Notes under the pieces: model-generated
The model's database searches: none
Told to the model about the DNA's origin: nothing
The model's input: the letters and a program-made list of their open reading frames with translations, nothing else
Program-made: the position numbers and the translations under genes
Shown: positions 57,206 to 64,000 of the stretch, in pieces
How the letters are laid out: each line of letters begins with the position of its first letter
Numbering within the stretch: the first letter of the stretch is position 1
Assembly: GCA_008632985.1 (NCBI GenBank)
Contig: QPGO01000040.1
Span: forward strand, 1 to 64,000
Origin: Psammoneis japonica
Lineage: Eukaryota
Direction: 5' to 3'
Length of the DNA stretch: 64,000 nt

Positions 57206-60200
57206 AAAGCAACGATGGTGAAGGGTCCGCTTTAAAGAAGTTCAGGGCAGTGACATCATCAGCCGGTGCATCGTCGCGGAGGAAACGCCAAGACGAAGCA
57301 ACAGTCACTCCTTTTAACATCAAACCACAAAAAGTCAAAGCCCGAACTGGTTTTAAAGACATTGTTCAGCTGCTGTGTCATGTTCTCACGGTTTGCGATG
57401 GAGACGTGGGAAGCATGACACAACAAACTGGTCCTTTGACGTGGTTTGAGGAATGGTTCCTGTTCTGTGAGTTCATCTGGGGAAGGACTGCGGCAACAAT
57501 GGAAGCAGCAGGTGCCATTTTTGAACTCAGCAAGATGTCAAAAATGATTGATGGAAAGCTTGCATCTGTTCTCAAGAACGGCAGAACTGGCCGACTTGTG
57601 CTGCACATGAGGAAGACTTGAAAATGCATGGTGAGAAATGGAATGACAAGCATGGCAAAGATGAGCAACCAGTGCTTTGGGACGACACTGGCAATGATCT
57701 GCACACGCCATCGGATTCACTCCTGCAGCGAGTGACTTGTTCTGCATGCTGTGGAGGCAACATTGCGAAGGGAGGTGTTTTTGCACAACTTTGTGGTTGG
57801 TTGGGGACCAAGGAGCTACATCCAGGTGCCATGTCTGATTCTGAATGCTTTCAAATGGCTGGTGTTCTTGAAAAACAGAAAAAGTTTCAAGAAGAGGATG
57901 GCAGAATCAAATTCCTTGATGTGGTGTGGCGACAAGACCAATTTGTGTCACAACCTGAGTTTGCACAGAGTGATCAGAAATTCTCTGCTCGGGAAGTGTT
58001 GCACTCTGCAAGCATTGCAGCTGATTGCTCTGGAAATGAACGAGCAGTCCGTGTTTCTAAATTGTCAGCATGTGTCAAGCGCAGAATGCAAACACACAAG
58101 AATCTTGACCATTTGTGCAAGGCATGGCTTGCCTGGAGTTGGCAAGCAAATTTTGTGTTTAAACTGGTTCATCAAAAAGTTGGTTTATTCAGTTTGTTTC
58201 TTGGCAAATCACAAAGCGTGTCCGAAATCAAAATGACAATTCTCTGCATGAAGCACCTCATGAGGATGAGGAGTCAATGGCTCCTGCTCTGCTGCAGGGC
58301 CTGTTGACACAGTGCACCACAGTGCTTGTGATGGAGGCACAGGAAAAAGATTTCATTTGCAGTGCACTTGATGTGTGCCCCAAAATGTTGCAAGCACAGG
58401 TGTCCATTCCAGTCAGAGGGCAGGGACTCAAGTTCAGCAGTGACTCCCACAGAGGGATGTCATGCAACAGATCAGGCTCCAGTTGTCAGCAAGAAATTGA
58501 CAAGTTCAATGTTGAAGAAGGTGGTCAATGAAAGTGTTTGGCCACATTGCAAGTTCACAATCTTCGACAGAGAACTGGCGGTGAGAAGAGAGCACATGAA
58601 AAGAAGACTTCTGCAGGAGTCAAGAAGTGCAGCAGCTGCACCGGAGGCACTCTGGGAAGCATGCAAAGAGGTGTTCAGGAAAAAACTCAACCACAAAAGG
58701 AGCAATGTGCAGGATGATGGAAGGAGGAGGATGACAGGCAAGCCAAAATGTGGACGCATTCAAAAGTCATGGACAGGAATGTCTGACAACAAGAGTGTGA
58801 TTTCCATTGTTTTCATCAATGCAGCTGCTGCTTTAGAGGGGTCACTGGTTGAGTGCAAAGATTTGGTCCAGGACAGAGTGGACAAAAGCACACACACATG
58901 GTTCTTGGAAACTGCAGCGCCAACTGTGTCAGGCCAAGTGCAGTTTGGCAGAAGCATGACCAACTTGCTCCAAGAGTGGCTTGCCATTTCTTTGGAGGCC
59001 TTTGCTCTGCTGGTGTGCTTGAGCTGCCATGACAAGGTGGTCAACACATCAGAGAAATTGGGAAAGGACAACAACATTGCAAGGCAAAGAAAGCTGTGGT
59101 GGTGGAAGACACTGCACCAGCAAAGTGTGCTGCAATGGCAAAGGGAGAAATGGCTGAAAGGAGCCAAGGATGGAGCAAGGATGAGATCAAGAAGTGCAAT
59201 GAACTGCACAAGTGGGTGATGAAAAACCAGGAGGAGAACAAAGGATTCAGTGCATGGCTCAAGGAACAGAGACAAGAGAAGGCAAACTTGCCCAAGGAGG
59301 CAGAGAAGAGCTGCAAAAGGGAGGAGAAGAGGAAGGAGAGAGAGAGGACAGATGGGCAGCATTGATGGGAGAGGACCTGCCATTGCTGGCAGCCACTGGC
59401 TGCAATGGAGTGGAAGCAATTGCAGAAGTGGCAACCAACCAAACTGGTGTGTGAGCTCAATTTGTGGCAAGCAACAAAATCCAGAAAACAGAAAAAACAA
59501 AAAGGCAAGCTGTGGCACAATTGACAGTCGAGAAATGTGGCCATTGCAAAGCTGTTGCACATTTAAAGCAGCAGCGCAAATGCATGAAATGCCAAAGGAT
59601 GATGCAGGCAAGGATGGTGGATCTCAAGTGGCAAAACAGGTGATGAAGAAACAATGAGCAGCAAATGTCAACAAGGGTTGAGAGCAAAATTGTGGGCAAA
59701 CATGTTCGCACTGCAAAGTGGAGTGAAATTCAGGTTTTAGAAGCTCACGAACTCAATCAGTCACATGTTTTTTTTTGTGCACTCGCCTTCTGATTTTTGA
59801 AACAATCAAATTTGAAGGAATTCAATGTGCCAAACTGTGCAGAAAACCAGTCTCACACATGATGGATTGCTCATCACTGGGGCTGGAACATGCGGGAGAC
59901 GGGTTTCAGCCCCAGGTGGGACTCCGTGTGACATTTGCCCCGCAGAATTCTGTGTGCAAGCTCTGCAGTTCATGCTCTGGCCAATGGACACATTTGTCTT
60001 CGACATGAAATGAACGACCAAGTTTGTGGCACACATGTCCCTGTTCCTGCTTGAAGTTTTGGACAGCCCGCCTGCCCCGCGCCATGCTCAAGACATTTGA
60101 GAATGGTGCAGAAGAAAAAAATGTCAAAAGTTGTTGAATGGATCGCCCAATGATTGTGCCGCAAAACAGCGCAAAATGTCACCAAAATCACATGGAAATG

Positions 60201-60656
60201 TGCGTGCGCAACATGCGATGCGATTCAAAAAACTGTCGATGTCACAGTTCAGCAGCACGAGGTCCCACCTGGACCTGGAACATGTCAGGAGGGTTGTGGC
60301 CACAGTGCATGAAGAGCACTCTGCTGACTTGCTCGCAGCGGGCCACACATTGTGGTTGGTTGTGGCAGTGTCAAGAGATGTGACAACCGTGCTGCAAGGA
60401 CAAAACAAGTGCTGCCTGGAGCCCTTGCCCTTGTCTGGAGAGATGATGGCCGATGTTGTGTTTTGACATCATTGTGTGTGGATGACAATGAAGCTTGAGA
60501 TGGCTTGGAAACAGATCAGGAGACAAGGTTTTTTTTATGATGGTGACAACAATGCCCAGCGCGATGATGACACCAAAGACACCGATCTGAAATCACGAGC
60601 TTTTTTTTTAGCAGAATGTGAGCTAAAAAAGTGGGGGATGACCCCCCCCCCCTTAA
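57206..60656 (+). mobile_element. DNA transposon relic with a DDE_Tnp_4-type (PIF/Harbinger-ISL2EU-like) transposase at ~57206-58190 plus further degenerate ORFs
   Basis: PLTWFEEWFLFCEFIWG; WDDT...LQRVTCSACCGGNIAKGGV (ancestrally likely TYS.YY); GAMSDSEC; QPEF...KFS..E...IAAD.SGNERAV. Confidence 0.7.
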
Positions 60657-61063
60657 GCGTCTGATGCGATGTTGGCGTTAAATAATGCAGCATCTTAGTG
60701 AACAATTAAGAGGAAACTTTCTTTGGTGTTAAGTAGACAGATCCTTGCTTTCTCCCATAAATGTTGAGAAATAATTATTAGACCATGTCGTCAACGCGAA
60801 CCCCGAGAATTCTGACATGCGAATCATCTCCCACAAAACCAAAAAAAAGGAAAAACATCGCGTCAACAGAGCAGCACTACACAACCTCGTCAACTGGAAA
60901 TCACAGCGCCATAAAATATTCGTCTCTATACAAATCGAAACTCTCGAAAAGACGGCAAATCTGGTAAGAAGCAGGACGTGAGCGGTTGTCTCTTTCTGTG
61001 GCTTGCCGCTTCTAACGACTTGGTTGGACCTTTTCGTCAATGTGGCTACAGCACCAGATAATA

Positions 61064-62818
61064 ATGACACGCAGTACTCTAGAGTACACGGCGTTAGGAG
61101 CCTTGATACTTTTTGCTTTTATCGGTGTAGGTGTAAACGCAAAAGAAAATGTAGGAGTGGCTGAAGATCCTGTCGTGAGAAATAGTTTCGACAGTTTCGC
61201 TACTAGCCACGCAAAAAGGTTTGACATTGGAACGACCACCAGAATTTCTGACGACACAGTGGACTCCACGAGAAGAAATCTCGGGGACTCTGTTGATGAA
61301 TCACTGCCTTCCTCGACAGAGAAATCTACTGCTGTCGACATTGGAGAATGGATTCAAATGGGACGGAGTATTACTACCACACATCCCAAAAAATGGTTCG
61401 GAATGATGGCAATGTCTAGAGATGGCAATCGTATGGCCATTTCAGAGAGTGTCAAAAATGCAAAAATTGGGCGAATCCGTGCATATCAGTGGAACTCTTT
61501 CAAGTCGGACTGGAAGCTAATGGGTCAAATCATAGAGGGAGAATATAAAAGCCGTCGACCCATGCCTCTACCGGCAGTGGCAATGTCAGCTAATGGAAAA
61601 TATCTTGTTACTGCCGAGGGACTAGAAGTAGTGCGTGTCTTCAAGTGGCAAAGTCAAATGTGGAAACAGGTCGGAGAAAGCATTCCAAGTTGGGTGAGCA
61701 ACCATAGAGATTTCTTCCGGTCAGTAGCAATATCAGATGATGGACAAACTATTGTGGCTTTAATTTCTTTCGACGCCGCTAGAAACCCTGGACAAGTCAA
61801 ATTGTTTGACTGGAGTGGATCCGAATGGAAAGAAAGGGGATCCTTGTTGGAGAGTTTAGACAGCCGCGAGGACATTGGTTTCAGCATCGCAATGTCAGGA
61901 GATGGGAATCAATTGGCAATAGGTATTCCCTTAGCTGTAAAATCTGGAAGAAATGTAGGCAAGGCACAAGTCTTCAAGAGGAGGAAGGGATCATCTTCTT
62001 GGGTTCAGAAAGGACAAGACATTTATGGCAAAGGGAAGGACTACGGCTTTGGTTTATCAATAGCGATATCTCAAAATGGAAGCCGCGTAGTTATTGGTGA
62101 TCTGAGTGGGTACGCACGTGTTGTCGAGTGGAACGAGTCCACGAATCATTGGAACATGGTAGGAAATGGTATCGAAGCGGAGTACAAAGATGAATTCGGA
62201 GGATCTGTTTCTATATCGAGTGATGGAGGGCGAGTGGTTGCGGGCGCCAGTGACTTTTATGGAGTGGTTGGCCCCTCAGGAGCCGGGTTTGCTCGGATGT
62301 TTCACTTTGATGGAACCTCCTGGCTACAGCTGGGAAATGGATTGTACGGGAGGGAAAAATATAGTGGATTTGGCGCAGGCGGGGTGTCAATGGCAGGGAG
62401 TGGAAACCGCGTGGCGATCTTTTCGGGAAATGCCATTAGTGTTTACAATTTTGTTCCACTCGCCAATGACGCTCTTGCTGTAGAAATCAACATCAAGCCA
62501 TTTAAGAAGAACCATGACATCAAAATCAGCAGAGCTCGAAAAGAAGAAACAGTAGGCATTGCCGTACTCACAACCGACAACTTTGACGCCAAAAAAGTAG
62601 ACGTACAATCCATTCGATTCGGCCCTGATATGGCACAGCCTGTCAGTTGGCTAAAGAAGGATGTCAATTTCGACGGTATCAAGGACATTATTCTTGTATT
62701 CAAACTCCATCATACCGGGTTTAGTCCAGGGCGCCAGCAAGCATGCTTGCATGGAGAGCACACATCTGGAGTGCAATTCAGAGGTTGTCGAATCGTTCGC
62801 GTCACCAAGGCAAAGTAG
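61064..62818 (+). CDS. Secreted beta-propeller protein, copy 2 (tandem paralogue of 54994-56754)
   Basis: Highly similar along its length; C-terminal third nearly identical; flanking sequence is also duplicated. Confidence 0.85.
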   Translation: MTRSTLEYTALGALILFAFIGVGVNAKENVGVAEDPVVRNSFDSFATSHAKRFDIGTTTRISDDTVDSTRRNLGDSVDESLPSSTEKSTAVDIGEWIQMGRSITTTHPKKWFGMMAMSRDGNRMAISESVKNAKIGRIRAYQWNSFKSDWKLMGQIIEGEYKSRRPMPLPAVAMSANGKYLVTAEGLEVVRVFKWQSQMWKQVGESIPSWVSNHRDFFRSVAISDDGQTIVALISFDAARNPGQVKLFDWSGSEWKERGSLLESLDSREDIGFSIAMSGDGNQLAIGIPLAVKSGRNVGKAQVFKRRKGSSSWVQKGQDIYGKGKDYGFGLSIAISQNGSRVVIGDLSGYARVVEWNESTNHWNMVGNGIEAEYKDEFGGSVSISSDGGRVVAGASDFYGVVGPSGAGFARMFHFDGTSWLQLGNGLYGREKYSGFGAGGVSMAGSGNRVAIFSGNAISVYNFVPLANDALAVEINIKPFKKNHDIKISRARKEETVGIAVLTTDNFDAKKVDVQSIRFGPDMAQPVSWLKKDVNFDGIKDIILVFKLHHTGFSPGRQQACLHGEHTSGVQFRGCRIVRVTKAK

Positions 62819-63089
62819 TGAGACATTTCGGAAACGAGAATACCAGGAAAACTTTTAATATTATATACAGTACTTACCATTTAGACATGCACCGAGCAGC
62901 AAAGAAAGTTGTCGCTGACGAATGCGATGTTGTGAAAGAGGCGAGTTCTTGACTCTTCGACAGAACTCGTCTCGGTGTGATATGGAGAGAATATACCGCT
63001 TTTCGTAAAACGTTTCAGAAGCTCTTCAAAACTCCTCGAGGTTAAACTTGGGTCGTAGGATTTGATACGTGAGGTCCAAGCAAGCATTT

Positions 63090-63736
63090 TTAGTCTTTTG
63101 GATGCAACCCGGCATCGCCCAAGTATGGGGATCCAAATGCACCCACACGTGCCATGTGAGGATTCTCTTGCATTGCATTCACTTCATTCTCCAACTTGGC
63201 AAGCTCCTTGTTATCGGGGAAAATTTCTTGGGCTCGTTCAAAGGCAGCCCGAGCTGCTTGGCAATCTTCAGCTTGGTACAAGAGCAATGTAATGAGACTG
63301 AGATGCGATGGTAGGTAGGATTCGTCACGATATATGGATACCTCCAACATTCGTGATGCCTTTTCAACACTAGGCACATCACTATCTCCCTGCTTTAAGC
63401 AACCCAAAGCCTCGCTGAGATTGCAAAATTGATTGATTCAATGAAAGAAAGAGTGAGCATGGGATTAAAAAGTACGAGAAAAAAAAGCAAACACAAGTAC
63501 AAACACGAAAATTCGACTTACTCGTGAAGCTGCTCTGCTGATTTTGGATACACAATGTAATAGATTCGTCTACAAAACTCATACAGCACTGTTAGAAACA
63601 GCAAGACCACCACACCCGGCAACAATACCGTTGTGGTGAGTTCCCAAAGAAATTCAGGCAAGTGAGAGATTGCAATTTCCAACTCGGCGGAAAGGTTGCG
63701 CAGTGCGTACACTAGCATTTTCGTTCGACCGCCCAT
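63090..63736 (-). CDS. Membrane protein with TPR-like helices (intron at approx. 63521-63418); a truncated 3' duplicate lies at ~57058-57205
   Basis: TM segment TVLLPGVVVLLFLTVLY; ASRMLEVSI...YLPSHLSL...AARAAFERAQEIFPDNKEL. Confidence 0.55.
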
Positions 63737-64000
63737 GATGATCCTTTGATTTCTACTCTGGATTTTAGAGATGTATATCCGGTCGTTGACCGAGTTGGAT
63801 CTTTCTGAGCCAGTCGATCTTTCTGCAACCTTACTATTTGTACAGTCGTACGTGCGGGACGCTGAGCACACCCAGATGCCCTATGAGTGCCAATTCTATC
63901 AATAGCTTTCCAAAAGAACGGACGCTGCTGCAAACAACAACAAACTGCTTCAGCATGCCAAAGATTGCGCGTTCGTTCGTTCGGTCATGATAGATGCGCG

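Overview
Eukaryotic genomic DNA, most likely a pennate diatom (GT-AG introns, a bipartite plastid-targeting presequence on NDK, CoDi-like Ty1/copia elements). Host gene islands with normal composition are interleaved with repeat blocks at about 1-420, 5350-23600, 30190-38400, 49830-52180 and 57206-60656. The host genes are a strawberry-notch helicase, a secreted metallophosphoesterase, a CDV3-like protein, NDK, an ABC-ATPase-domain protein, a histidine phosphatase, a GLTP-domain protein, two tandem beta-propeller genes and a TPR-like protein. The repeat blocks hold three insertions of one Copia family with 276-bp LTRs and intact 5-bp TSDs: two full-length but defective copies and one non-autonomous three-LTR derivative. 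They also hold a DDE_Tnp_4-type DNA transposon relic and captured gene fragments. The main observation is that the repeat blocks, and only these, have lost almost all TpA dinucleotides through TpA->TpG/CpA transitions (A->G on either strand, mostly in TAY context). Copy-to-copy and LTR-to-LTR comparisons show this happened independently after insertion. It looks like a repeat-targeted adenine hypermutation system, a mirror image of fungal RIP. All counts and alignments were done by eye.
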